A stretch of 64,000 nt of DNA. Source: Amoebophrya sp. A120. Its lineage: Eukaryota > Protista > Dinoflagellata. The position numbers and the translations under genes were made by a program. Where the stretch lies: contig CAJINV010000002.1 of the NCBI GenBank assembly GCA_905178155.1, forward strand, positions 5,327,709 through 5,391,708, read 5' to 3'. The notes under the pieces are model-generated. The model saw only the letters and a program-made list of their open reading frames with translations. It ran no database searches and was not told the origin of the DNA. Below are positions 24,721-39,000 of the stretch, in pieces; within the stretch, counting starts at the first letter, position 1, and the number at the start of each line of letters is the position of its first letter.

Positions 24721-27069
24721 AACGGGCCCCCAAAACAGGAGAAGAAGAAACTTGAAAAAAACCTTAAAAAAACTTGAGCATTTTTGATTTATGGCATTGC
24801 AAAAAGCAGAAATCAAGAGGGGCGACCGGAGGACAAAAAAAAGGCACGGAACGGACGCGATTTCCGGTTTCTAAAAATAACAATCGCGGCGGCGATTTTG
24901 AAAAACTAAGTTAGGTGAAGGGCGGGCGCAAATTAAAAATCCAAGGACTCGATCGGGAGGCTTTTTTTTCATTTTATAGCGCGCCAAAATCCAAATTTGT
25001 GCCGCAGGAATAGTCGTGCATAATTTTCACGCGAAGGCGCGCCATTTTCAAAACTTTATGCGTTCGACTAGGGGCAGATATTTTCCGCAGAAATGGGGCA
25101 GCATTTCGCACGAACTAGACGGTCGTGGGGCGCGGCTCTTCTTCATTTAGGTGGGGGCCGCCTCGATGCATTGGTTGCGCCGCTCGCGGGGATGTTCAAA
25201 ATCCCTGCTTCGCACGGGTTCCGGCTGCCTGGGTGCCCGCGCTTGGCGGGCTGGTGGGGTTCTGGCTCTCGCGAGGCCTTTTTGTAGTGCCGAAGCGGCC
25301 CCACTCGGAGGGCTTGCCGGCACAGGCGGCGCAGCGGGCCGTCCTTCCCGGGTCCCCCCGGATGCCCTTTTATAATACGCAAAGCCCCGCGGCCCGCGCG
25401 ACTCTGCGCAAGCAGCATCTGGGCCCCTAGGCTTGTATGCATAGGGGTGCCCACGCGTGTGGGCAGGCGGCCCGTGCTTGCGCGCCGTGTTTGCACGGGT
25501 TCCTTCGATCCGGTCTCGAAAATGAAGAAAATCAAAAGTGTCACACCATCGGCCGGAGGGTGTGATACTTTTTGCCGCGGTGCTGTCATGGATGCAAAAA
25601 AACACGCAAAACCGGCGTCGACCATACCATTGGCTCTAGGGTGTGATACTTTTTGCCAGGATGAGTCCACGGAGGCCGAAAATGGCGAAAGCGGCGCCGA
25701 CCATGCCGTGGGCTCTAGGTTGTGATACTTTTTGCCAGGCTGCTACGGCGTTCAAACTTGCAACCCGGGGAAAGTGTTGGCGAAAATGCGCCACCTCCGC
25801 CGAAGCATCTCGGCAGCAGGCGAAAAAAACTTGGATCTGGCGACGTTTTTGGGCCAAAATCTGAAGGGCCCCGTCCACCATACCACCGGGGCTAGCTTGC
25901 GACGGCTTCCAAGCACGCGACCCGGCTTGCAAGTTTATTCCAAGTTTATTTCAAGTTTTTGTTGCGATTCCGGCCGCCCGCGGGCGTGCCCAGTTTTGGG
26001 CCATTTCCTGAGGCCTGTCCACGAGCTGACGGAGCCGATTCGCGAGTCGCAAAAGCGGCGGCGCCTTCCGAAGGCGCCGGCCGAACTTGGGAAGGGGGGT
26101 AAATTCCTGATTTTTGGTGGTTTTCTTCGCCCATGGTGCCGCCGTGGTAAAAAGTATCACACCCTGGCGCCGATGGTACTGCTAACGCAGGTTGCCGCGA
26201 TGGCGAAAGCGAAAAGCCTCGCCCGCGTGCCCGCCCTGCCAAAAAGTATCACGCCCCAGCGCCCATGGTATGGCCGGCCGCGCTTCCCGCCTGGCCGCCC
26301 GGCTGCTTGCTAAGCACGCCGCGCCCGCTGGCGCCGCCGGCCTGGGCGCGGCCGGCCCCCTCGCCCGCCCCGGCGGCCCACGGCGTTGGTTCGTGATTTC
26401 TACCGGCGCGCCGCGGCCGCACGCTCCAGGCCCATCGGTTGCGCCGGCCACCCGCCAGGGGGGGCTCCGACGAGCTGTGCGCGCGGGCGCCTTGGGCTAT
26501 TCCGGACAAAGGAAAGGGCGAACCAGCGCGCCACCCCTAGCGCCCAACGCCGCCCGCCCGGGCTGGCCGGCGCGCCCCCTCCGACCGTACGGCCTGCCGG
26601 CCTTTTTGGGGTATCAGGCTCGGCGGCCTTTTCGGCATTGGCCGCCGCTGCGCGAAGCGGTCGGGCGGGCTGATTAGCGGCGGGCGCGTTTTTTTTTCTG
26701 GGTATCTATAACGAAAAAGCAGCGAAGGCGGCACCCAAAACAACCTACGCCCGGTCTGAATCTCGACAATAGGCAGCTTTGGTTGGAGCGGCCAATTGTC
26801 CGGATTCGGGTCGTGTTTTGATTTCAAAGCAAACGGGCATTGGTTCCTGGCACTAAACGTGAGAAACAGTATGAAAATGCACAAAAAGCGTCGCACCGTT
26901 CCGCAGCTTGTCCTCCTGTTGTTGGTTTCAAAGTTGGGCGCGTCACACTCACAGGCGCGCTCACAGAGCAGCTTACGTTGAAGCTGTCGCGACCCTCGCG
27001 AATATGGGTCGCGCAAGTCTTTGGCAACTTAGTTGCAAGTTTCGATCTCCATAAAATTGGGGGTCCGTT
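24721..27069. mobile_element. ~2.35-kb TIR-bounded insertion with internal repeat arrays (putative non-autonomous DNA transposon)
   Basis: Left AACGGGCCCCCAAAAC..GAAACTTG versus right CAAGTTTC..TTGGGGGTCCGTT; CCAGT on both flanks; GC-rich interior with repeated TGTGATACTTTTTGCC. No transposase ORF recognised. Confidence 0.65.
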
Positions 27070-27079
27070 CCACCAGTAA

Positions 27080-30000
27080 CCAAACGCAGCTTCTGGTGTG
27101 GTCGGAAAAAATAAAGGTTGCGTCATCAAGGGGTCGTCTCTTCCATCTACTCCGCACGAACAGCAGCTAGTGCGCGGCAAGTCCGGCACGTCCTGCTCGT
27201 CTCCCTACCAAAACCAGAACATGCTCCCGTCTTTATCGTGTACAGCTGAACGAGGTGCAAATACCCCGACGCCAACGCACGCGTACGGTATGAAGTCGAA
27301 GGCCGCAAATAAGGGCGGTGGTCGACGTGGCGGGAGCGGTGGTTCATCTCAACACCATCATGCTGGGCACTATCATCAACATCATGGGGGAAATTCATGC
27401 TCACCTGGGACTACTATCCCCACAACACCAGGAAGTGGCCAACATCGCATGAATAGCAAAGGCAACAACAAGAACAATTTTGAGCACCATGATTATTACA
27501 ACAAGCGCAGTCCAACCATTCCACCACTGACAGAGGAGTATTTGCGCAGTGCCCGGCAAAAATCGAGGGAGTTTCACTTGGAAAATAATTCCACTGGTAG
27601 TATTACTACTAGCCACAGGAATTGGAGTCATGATCATCCTCGTGTGCAGCAGGAGCAGACGGATTATGAGTATCATTCTCAAGAACATTTCCCGGTTACT
27701 AATATTAGTCGGCAGTGGTCCAACGAGCAGCAACATCTTCACGTAGAGAAAAAACAGCCTACTTCTGGTTTTTATCCTTCAGACCTGCACCAGCACGAGC
27801 GCACGCGCAACCAGGCGCAGGCCAACGACCAACACAGCACCTACGCGGCGGGGGCCACGCTCTGCTCGACAACACAGCAGCAGGGGGGGATGTCCAACAT
27901 GTCGATGTCCCCGTACACAAATACAACTTCTCAAGCAACTTCTCATGTTCTTCACGATGGAACATCTTCAAACTACGATTGCAATGGTGCGCAGTTTATT
28001 AGCCGTGCTGGGGTTCAGCCTATGCAGGAGAATTTTTATCACAACCAGTACCACGAAACGACGACCAACAACGCGCTAGGTGGAGGTCCTGGCTCTTGTG
28101 GTCCAACTGCCGCCGGCTACAACAAGAACACGGCCACTGCGATGATCGTCCCTGCTCAGGACGAGCAACAACACCAACAACAACAACAAGGTTTGATGTC
28201 TGTAGAAGATTATGTCGGAGGAAAGGGTGGGCCCACGGCACGTGGAGGAGGAGGTTCTATTGCACCACCAGCAGGACAACAATTATACTATCATGCCGCA
28301 ACAACACCAGGAGCAACTGCTGTTACTTCTGCCAAAAGTGGCCGCCACGATTGCTCAACTGCGCCAGGCAGCCACAGGAACGATGTTAACCCTTGTTCTT
28401 CTTACGGAACTACCACACCAGGCTATGATCATAGTACCAGCAAGGACTGCCAGCCCGTGTTCGCGACCGTGCCTGCGCAGAATGTAATTCCTGGCGAAGG
28501 TGGTTGTGCCACGACCACTCAACACCACTACGAGCCTGATCGCCCGCACCACAACGTTGTACGTCTCGCGCACCACCCCGAGTTGGCTGCGATGGAAACT
28601 TCATCGCTTCCGCCGGAAAGTTGCGCTGCGGAGGAAGGAACAAAAGTTGATGGTACGACCACCGCCCGTGCTGGAGAGGCATGCAAACAGAAGCAGATGA
28701 ATCGCAAAGACGATGCGAACAACATCCAAACAGCATTGGTAACTAGGAACGACCGGCTGTTGCATGCTCGCGACGTCGTGCGGAAGGTTGAAGAGCAGGC
28801 TGCGGCTTTGACAAAAAAGAAACCGGACGACGAACAACGTGAAGACAATGCTGGCCCGCTGAAACTTATGCACGTTTGCAAATATCGATCTGGGTCGTGT
28901 ACTGGAAGTAGATTTTTCCATTGATGGTATTTTTTTGTGATGTTGTGGAGAAGTTATTTTCCGGAGCACATAAAAATCTGTCTTGCAAAGAAGTCAGCAA
29001 AAAGCGTGCTGCGGTTTTGTGTCTCCCGAAGTAGAGGGCATGAAGACTTCTCATGCAGGCACCCAGGCATGCAAAAGCAAAAGCAAAAGCCTTCTCGGAT
29101 CTTGTCATGCTCCGTGCCTTCGAGTGAACCTGACGCTGACCTTCCTGCAGATCCAGAAAATGCATGCCAAGTGTCAGTCTGCGATCGTCCACTGAGACCC
29201 CGATCTTCGATATTTGCAATTTATAAAACTCCGCACGGACGAAGCGCGAAGCGGACCCGCTGCGCAGCGTCAGCGGAGCGGGGAAAAAGGCAAATCTCGT
29301 CGCATGGGTAGGCGAGGTTTCTACTAGATAACCTACATTCAGATATTTTTACTGCAGGCTCCTTTTGCTTTGTACCGGGATCATGTGCAGATCCAGTGAA
29401 GTTGTACAACTTTCACTTTCGGGCACCACGCTTTAATATGATTGCTGCCAGCACAATGAGCTGAGGATTTGTTTTCGTATTAAGAATTGTCACCTCGATC
29501 GGTAGTTACTTAGATGTTTCCGCTCTGATAATTCCTGCGGCAACGAAATCAAATATAGCTACGACCTTCTCCCGGCTGCACAATCTATCTGGTTGAACAA
29601 TCGTAAGCGAAAATTGAAAGTCTGAGCCCTCCTGTTGCTGCTGGATCATTACATCAAGGCATAGAGAACATATTCATGTAAATAGAGTGACGGGTTCAAA
29701 GAAGAATCCGCCGCCCTGGTGAGTCGGATTTTATCTATCTTTTACGTCCCATCAAAAAAAGGTTCTTCTCCACATCAAGACCCCACCGCCGCCGGCAACG
29801 CACCAGCGCAGCAGCAGGCGCCGGAGTTCTTTTTCCCCTTCGGAACCACCCCACAGCAGCAGCACGCGCAATTTCTGGGGGGCCAGCCGCAGGTGCCTCC
29901 GCTCTTCGGACAGGCGACGTCGCCGGACATTGAGCAGGCCGTGCGCCTCGGGTTTAGCACCCCTAGCCCGCGAACGGACTCTGCCGCTCTCCTGGTGCCC

Positions 30001-33000
30001 GAAAATACAAATACCGCTTCCTCGCTGCAGGTGTCCATGCCGAAAATTTCGCAATTTAGCATTGGACCTGGTGGGCCGCCAGCGCAAACGACATCTTCTT
30101 CGCCTTCTAGTAACAAGCTGGAAACTGGCGAATTAGTACAACAAGCGACTAGTACAACCGCAGGGCCGGCTGCACACACGACATCACTGGCCCTTGACGG
30201 CGATACAACTTCTGCGACGAATAAATTTTCAAGAACTGGCGTGGGTCCTCTTGCTCTTTCGCAAGAACAAGACGAAGACGAGGCTAGTAGTGCCAAGAAT
30301 ATGAAGCTTCGGTCGGGCAGTACGGCCAGTTCTACTGTTTTTGACTCGACCACCCAGCAATACTATCCCAGATTTTCCGTTATCGAAATTCCATTGGTCG
30401 AGAAGCAACGGGCCCTTTCCCGTAATTTCTTTCGCTCGCAGCTAGAGAATCCGGTGACCGCAGTAAATAACAATATCGATGATGCAGCCGAGCAACGGCG
30501 AGCAGGAGGAGATCGAGATCCTCCGCCGGAGGACCAGGACCAAATCCAAAACAATGGCGCGGTTGTTCCCCGGTCCCTTCGCCAGAACTTTGGTTTTATG
30601 CGGAACTTCCCTTTACTGCGCCACTTGGAACGGCCACAGCTGGAGAAGGCGGCGAAGTCCATGGCGGGCCGAATGTACGGGAAGGGGCTCACCTATGGAA
30701 GTGTCAGGATCGAAATCGTCAGAGTTGAAATGACTTGTGATGCATAAAACGGATACCAGTTGGCGCCTAGTTATCAAGTGGCGCATGACAAATTTGGGTA
30801 GAACTGAAACCCAGTTTGTAATGCTGTTTGGGTCAGGAAGACGCCTTTTGTCATGCTACTTTAGCAGCTCAATTTGTACCCCTCAACAGGCTCACAATCT
30901 GCATCCCTTGCGCCCTCTGCAATAGAGGCAGTTTCTGCGTTGCATTTTATGCACCACAAACTATTTCAACTTTGACGATTTCGATCCTGACGCTTCCATA
31001 TCACCGTCTACCGCCAAGGGGAACCAGGGGACCGGATGTTCCTGATCCTCTCCGGGTTGGCCCACGTCGTGGTGCGGGACGAGAAGTTACTGCACGTCGG
31101 TGACTATGCATTGCAAATAAGTTGTAAAAAATCGTCTTAGTTGTAGTAGAAATCGCAATTACCATATACAAATCTTTGTTGTCAGAAGGAAAACAAGAAG
31201 TGGAATCTCCTGTCGTGCAGATAAAAAATCCCCAGATATTAGCAAAACACATGTCATAGTTACATGAATGCAAAAATTTTTACTACGAGTACGATCTTCA
31301 ACTACGTTTGCAGACGATAGCTCTACCGTCCAAATTCGGAAAGCGGTGCACTTCTCCGGGAAGCGGTTTCTGCCCGGGACCTTGGCGCGGATCGACAAGT
31401 ACGACGGGGCGCGGGAGTTCCCGTTCACCATCACAGTCTTGGAAGACCAAGACTTGACCGGGAAAGTGGAGGTGATGCACGATAGTCAAAACACGACACA
31501 AGACTCCTCTTCCCAGCAACCGCCGAGGAAGCAGCGGGGACGGGTTTGGGGAAACGGTATAAATATATACATACAACGAAGAACTTCGACCCTAATTGAC
31601 AACCAAGATAGATGGACGATCATACCGTTATTTGTTGCTCCTTTGTTCGCTCGATCGAACAAGAATTGTCGACACGAAGATAAAAGTCATTCTCATTAAG
31701 CTGCTCTGTAATACGACCTCTATCTGCGCAGCTATTCCTACTGTGCGAAATTATATATATAAGAGCGCTACAACTACAAGTAAAACACGCTATACATCAT
31801 TGAAGAGCAAAATGATCAACATCAGAAATCGAGCCTGCCCACGACCCTGTAGTCGAGCGTTACATCACCACACTGGTCCCCGGCGATTACTTTGGGGAGC
31901 AGCAAATGTTTGGCACGAAAGAGCGGGGGGAGACCGTGGTGGTCGGGAAGAAAGCCGATCTCGCGGTAATGACGATGTCGAAGAACACCTACCGCTCGCT
32001 GGGCCTACCGTACAAGCTCCCGCTAGGTCCGCGACGCGCCGTCTACCTGCAAAACTCGTATGCATTGAAAATATGTCTGGGTCTGGAAGGATGCGAATTT
32101 GTGATGCGCATTTCACAAGAACACTGACAAATCTCTCATGCATGGGCAGCAAAAGGTGCCCATTTCCTGTCACCAATAAAGTGGGGTATTTGTCATGCGG
32201 ATTACGCAATGCGGATGCTTCTCGAGTTCTGTGATGCGAGGGCTTCCATGACAGACATTTTGTGTCATGCAAAAACAGCATGACAAAAATCTGCATTCTT
32301 CCAGACCCAAACATTTTTGCATTTGATAACTCGGCCCAGCGGACCATCACCGGCTTGTCGACCCCCCGCGGCGTCGGCGCCGCCGTGATATTGAGAGGAA
32401 AAATCCCCCCTCCCCATATTGAAACGGTATGTTTCCAAAAATTTGTGTTGCGAATTTGAGGTCACAAATCACATCTGTTGTGCAAGAAGACAAGGTCAGA
32501 AGCTTCCGCCCCATTGTGGAAGCGATTTGTCATGCTGTTGGGCCTAAAGGGGGGCCGTTTGCCATGCTGAACTACTAGACCCATACGCCCCTACCTAGCC
32601 TGGGGATCTGGCCGCAGCGCCTCTCTGCAATACAAAGCTGATTTGTGGTCGCAAATCGGCATCACAAGTTTCCGTTTTGATATGGGGAGGGGGGATTTTT
32701 CATTTTGATACGTGACGCTTGACGAGCAACAGGCGGCGAGCAGTAGTAGTGCAACTACCTCTTTTACCCCAAAGAACAAAAACGATGCCGGAACAACATC
32801 TACTACCGGTCCGGCCCTGTCCGCGCCGCAGACGCCGGCGGGCCAGGGAACCTCCGAGTCCATCACGTATCAAATGCAAAAATGTCTGGGTCTGGACGGA
32901 TGCGAACTTGTGATGCGTGTTGCGGATCATACAAAAATCTGTGTTGCATGATTTGCAAGAGTAAGAGGTTCCCATTTCTGGCCATTCTGAGAGGGCATTT

Positions 33001-36000
33001 TTCATGCAGAATAGGCATCACCAAGTGGCTGCAGAACCTGTGAGGCCAGGCCCTGCAACATTCCAGACTTGGCGGAGCTTAGAAAAACTACATGACAAGT
33101 CTCGGAATCTTCCAGACCCAGACATCATATTTGCATTTGATATCACTCCACGGACGGCGATTTTTACGGAAAAGGACGAGACGGCGCCCCTTAAATACGC
33201 CCCGATCAGCCGGTTTCTGAACATCCACGAGAAAACGGTGGAAGAGAAACGAAAACTGATCAAGATGCTGCGGAAGTCGCAGGCACTGCGGCAGCTACTG
33301 GCCGACGTTTTGACGGAAGAAAGACTGGAGCAACTGGCGGACGTTGCCTTCCTGCAGAAGTTCACGAAGAACGAGGTGATTGTGAAGGCGAACGATCTGG
33401 AGCATGACAAAATGCTGCTGGTCAAGTCCGGGGAATTTTTGGTCTTCACGCCGAAAGAGCTGCTGGTGGACGGCGGTGGAGTTGTTTCACCGCGGGAGCA
33501 GGATGCTGAGGATTATACCGAGGTCGTCGCCGCGCCAGGTGAACAAGAGCTCGAGTACTACAACACCGCGGTCTCCTCGTCCTCGGCTGTGATGTCGAGG
33601 ACGAAGAACGAGGACAGGAAGCCGCGAAAATCCACCGCGAAATTTTTCCCCAACCCGCGGTTCAGCCAGGGTATGCTCAGTCTCGCGGAGTGCGAGCAGC
33701 AATCCCGACATTTGAAGGAGAACCAAGAGGGGGGCATTTTTGGGGAGTACACGGTGCTGTACGGAATTCCGCCCGCGTTTTCGGTGAAGTGCGAAACGGA
33801 CGAGGGCTTTTGCTGGGTGATACCGCAGCTCTATGCATTGCAAAAGCATCGTACTAGTATAAATTGCATCACAAATCTTGGCAAGAAGAAAAATGGAATT
33901 TGTAATGCTGTTTTACCGTAGGAAGGAGATTTGTCATGCATACTTGCAATTAGTACGAGTGCGATACTTTTGCAGAGCATAAGCTCGCGTTCAAGACGAT
34001 TCTGCTGTCCTCGCAGAAAACCAACATGCGGAAGATTCTGGAAACGCTGACGGACATTCGGGAGCTGTCCGTGTTGAACCACCACGAGAAGCTGGAGCTC
34101 GCAGCCACGTCGAAAATCATTCATTTGGAAAAGGACCAGTCCATCAAGTTCGGGCAAAATTTCGAGGTCCAGATGAACCAAGCGTCACAGCAGGCCGTGA
34201 GCGGGGAGATGGGCTTGGGGCAACAGGAGGAGCACGCGCAGGCCGCGCGCCAGGCCGGGCCCAGCAGTACGCAAATCAGTCCTTCCGGCGTGGTCTCCAC
34301 GACGGGCGGGGTTCGCGGGTTCGGGCTCTCGCCCGGGGAGGTGAGCACGGACAGAAATATGATGTACACGGGGGCGTACTACAACTCCCATGGAACCCCA
34401 GCGCCGATGCAAAACCTGACCACCATGAGCACCAGTAATAACAACTTCTTCGCAGGAGCAGGGCGAGGCGGGCAACATCAGAACCGCCAAAATAATAGAT
34501 CCGGTCCTGCAGCTGCAGACGGTGGTGGCGCGACGGGCAGTAGTTCATCCCCTTCTAAGCTGAAGACCGATCCGCTGTATCACGCTGCCGACAATTTTTT
34601 TCGGTCGTACCAGGCCCACGTAACGGCGAACGGGCATAGCGCGCGAAACCGCAAGGAGGAGATGAATCTGGACTTTATCCACTCCATTCAGCAGGACAAC
34701 AGCTTGTATTTGTTGCTCAATGGGGAATATGCCTTGCAAATATCGATCTGAGTCTGGAAGGATCCAAACTTGTCATGCTAAATGTCTGAAACCTGCAGTG
34801 CACAAAAATATATAAATCTGCGTATGTTGCATGAACCGCATCAAAGGTAGTTCTTGTCTACTTCTTGCCACACAATAGAGAGCCGAGCGAACTTCTCTTC
34901 CCGAAAGGGCAGGAACAAGAAGAAGCTCTTGCGCAATCTGTGAAGATGCTTCTGGATGCGACATTCCAGGCCATCTTTGTCATCCACGAACTGCACGACC
35001 ATGAAAAACGTCGCCCTCTTGCAGACCCAGATCTTCGATATTTGCATTTGATAGGGAAGTGGAGATCCGAGGTCCGAACCTGAATCCCGAGAAAACCGTG
35101 GAGGGTAGCGGCAGCCGGAGCAACCACCCGCCGCAGCACAACGAGGTAAAAAACAACCCGCACATCGGTATTTCGTACCAAGAGGCGGAGCGGATCGGGT
35201 ACACGATGAGCGACCCCGTCGTGGTCTTGCGCGGCAACAGCAGCCGACTGGTTTCTATGTTCCAATACGAAGACCACGAGGTAGACGACCCCTACGAGGC
35301 CAAAGACTGGGACGAAATGCGGCGGGAGTTTATCAAGGGAAGAATCAAGCGACGGAAATCCACGAGCTTTGGCGCAAATAATCGGCTAACTACGCAGAAA
35401 GCAGGACGAGCAGGAGCCACAAGTAGAACTTCCAAGAACTCGGCGGAGATTGCGGAGGGCACGACCGTCGACGCGACGACAACTCGCTACGACACGGCGT
35501 ATGAGGGACGGGACACGCACACGACTGTGCCTCTTTCCAAAGAGGATGAGAGTCCAATAGGAGAGGATTACGATTTTGTTGAAGATTCTACTAATCTTGC
35601 TGCACCTCCAGAACCAGAGAATGCAGAGGAACTTGAGGTGGTCGAACCCCTGCCCCGGCAGCAGGAAGTGAATGAAAATAACGAGGATAACAATCCTGCG
35701 GTTCGCATCGAGCAGCTTCAGCACCTGCAGTATTTCGGCGAGCGAACGCTGCTTCGCCCCATGGACATAAGTGCCGGGAGTAGAAGCAAGGCGCTGCCGC
35801 AAGGAAGTAGAGCTTCCTCCTCCTCCAGGAGCCGCGCCGGCACCATGGGCGGTGGTCCGATGTACGCAAAGGCCACCGTGACCAGTCTACAGGGCGCGAC
35901 TATTCTGGTGGTCCCCCCGAGTACCTTCTACCGCGTGTTCCCGCCCTCGCTGGGCGAGAGCATGCTGCAGGCCGGCGTGGAGCGACGGTCGGAACCCCAG

Positions 36001-39000
36001 GAAAACACGGAGGAGCACGATATTCTCCAGGATGTGGATTTGTTTCTGGTATTTTTGATCTGGCCAGCATGTTAATACAAGTAGGAAGATCATCGGTAGT
36101 TGCCTGCCTGCCGCATCATGTTCATGGCACCAAGAACATGCCGTGATCATATTCATGAAAACTACATCAGGCTCTACGGGCCTTAGGTTGCTAAAGCAGC
36201 TGCTTATTTATTAGTTCATCTTGTTTATCATGCGAATCAAAGAAATGACACCAGCAGCAAGAAAGAAAGAAATTTATGTTTACAAAAAAAAAAAAACCAG
36301 AACTGGCGCCCTATCCCGTTGAATTCGCTGAAGGAACTGAACGTGCTTGGTTGCGTATCAAAATCAAAAGTGCCCCTTTCCCAGAAGTGGAGAATATTTC
36401 TCAGGCAAAGCTAAAGACAAGTTGCCTTTCCAAATGGATATGGAAATGAATTTGTCTTGCATGAAAGGACGACGCGGCTTCCCGATCGAGAGCTTAATAC
36501 AGGTGTTTGAAGCCGTTTCTACATGTTGACAAATTCTGCGACTGCTAGGACTTTTACTTTTTGCAACTTGTTTACAAAGCTTTGCTTTTCTGCATAGGTC
36601 GGCATACTTTGTGTTGCTGCATGAAGTTGTAATGGGGATTGTTTTCAATTTCATCGGGAGGTGATTCACCTTGACTTTGTTTCTGGGGTACTAGGGGCAG
36701 TTTTCATTTCCATAGTGTGGGGGCTTCGGTCGTGTGAGTCTGCGCGTGCACGTGGAATCCGGGAGCACGTTTGCGCTGAAGTCGATTTCCAAGGGATTTT
36801 TGCAGAGAAAACGGATGTATCAAATGCAAAAATGTCTGGGTCTGGAAGATTCCGAGACTTCTCATGCAGTTTTTCCAAGCTCCACTAAGTCTAGAATGCA
36901 GGACCTAGCATCACAGGATGTGCAGCCCTTCTGTGATGCCTGTTCTGCATGAGAAATGCCCCCTCAGCATGGCCAGAAATGGGCACCTTTTGCAAGTCAC
37001 GCAACACAGATTTTTGTATGATGCGCAACATGCATCACAAGTCCCAACCTTCCAGACCCAGACATTTTTGCATTTCATAGGATGGAGTCGGCTGTGTTCC
37101 GGGAGAAGGAAATTCTCTTCCTCTGCAAGTGCCGCTTCATCGTACGCACGTTTCAGACCTACCGCGACAACGCGTATAACCCGCTCAGGTGTTACAATCT
37201 CAAGCGTTACAATAGAATATGGAAATCTGTGATGCAAGAGTGCATGATCTAGCCTCTTCCCACAGGATTGCGCATGACAAGTTTCGGAGCTCCAAGCCGC
37301 ACTATAATCTGGCTAAATTTGTATTGCAAAAAGTGGAGCGCTCTGCAAGTCTGTCATGCTCATCATGCAACACAAATTCCAGATTCTATTGTAACGTTTG
37401 AGATTGTAACACCTGAGCAGGTTATAACGCGTACGTGCACTTTCTGATGGAGGTGTGCCTGGGCGGGGAACTTTTCTACCAGTACCACCGATTCAAATAC
37501 CACGGAAGTATTACCAAGGCCAAATTCTACTCGGCAACGGTGATCACCTATCCTGCAGAAAAAAGCTAGTAGCATCTTATATTCGTTGTACTAAATAACT
37601 CCAGACGATATAAGTGGTGCATGACAAGAAATGTCGTGCTCCCAGTGGAGGTCTCGCCCATCAAGGTAAATAAGTAAAAACCAGCACGCCCACTAGTAAA
37701 ACTCCACTTTTCATCATGCCGAGAGCGTAATTTTACTTTTACGCATGCTATGGTATGCTATGGGCTTTTTCAGTGTGATATCGCTGCCTTTGCGTACCTC
37801 CACGCGCGCGGCGTGCTTTACCGCGACCTGAAGCCCGAAAACCTCCTACTGGACCACCGCGGCTGTTGCAAGTTGACGGACATGGGGCTGGCAAAGATCA
37901 TCGGCACGAATGGGAACGTGAAAACGTACACGACCTGCGGCACGCCGGACTACTTTGCGCCGGAAATCGTAAAGCACGAGGGGCAGACGCTGGCGGTGGA
38001 CTGGTGGTGCCTCGGCGTCTTGGTGTTCGAACTCATGACGGGCAACGCGCCCTTTGAAGCCTCGGACACGCAGCGAACCATGCAGCGCATTTATCAAAGT
38101 GAAAAAAGCCCCCACCCCATATCGGAAACGGAAGATGCGCGAATTTGTGATGCTGTATTTGAGTACACAAATCAACTTGTATTGCTAGAAGGCCAAGAGA
38201 CGAAGCTGCGGCCTAAGTTGCAGGCTATCTGTCATGCTGTTTCCCACTTCCAGTTGCCTTTTGTCATCCTGGAGCTGCAAGGCTTTCCCACGCCGGACAG
38301 CACTACAGTCCGCATCTTTTGCCTTCTAGCATCACAAAGCTGATTTGTGACCACAAATCTGCATCACAGATTTCCGTTTTGATATGGGGAGGGGGCATTT
38401 TTCATTGTAATAGCATTGTGCGAGGTAAAAATAAGTGGATTTCCTTGTCACTCCTGATGCGGTTGCGGAAGCGCGGCCATACTAGCTCGAATATAATTAT
38501 TGCACTCTCGTCTATTTCTACTTCTGAAGTTCTAGAAACTGCACATGAAGTAGATGTTGTAAGGCTGCAAATCGTGTTTAAAAATAACCTCAGGTGTGTC
38601 GCGCGTGAACTTTGACGGCTTCCAGCGTCGTGCGCCGGATATCATATTGAAAAGCGCCCCACGGCCCCCACGCCCACCCCCACCCCCAGAAGTAGTAGAA
38701 AATCAAAATATTCATATTGATTAATATGATTTCTGATGCAGAACAAGACTTTAATTCATGCATAGAGATTCTTTTTCTTTCTGCGATTCAGATTCCAAAC
38801 CATCTACTACAAACATGCCAAGCCCCAGCGCTGTTATGTTAGGTCCTTATTTTAGCAATTGCAACGCAAATGCTTTTTCCAAGTGCTGAAGAGCAGCCCT
38901 GGGGTAAGTAAGTACTATGTCGAGGGGTATCGAATGTAAAAGTGTCTGGGTCTGGAAGATTGCCAGATTTGTCATGCAGGTTTTCCATGACCCATGAGGT

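Noticed and set aside
25558-25740. CRISPR-like repeat-spacer pattern
   Set aside because: Only three degenerate units with long, partly similar spacers, inverse copies nearby, a eukaryotic context and no cas genes.
25093-26677. Many overlapping GC-rich ORFs as a possible transposase
   Set aside because: No DDE, HTH or other recognisable motif; high GC content explains the open frames.
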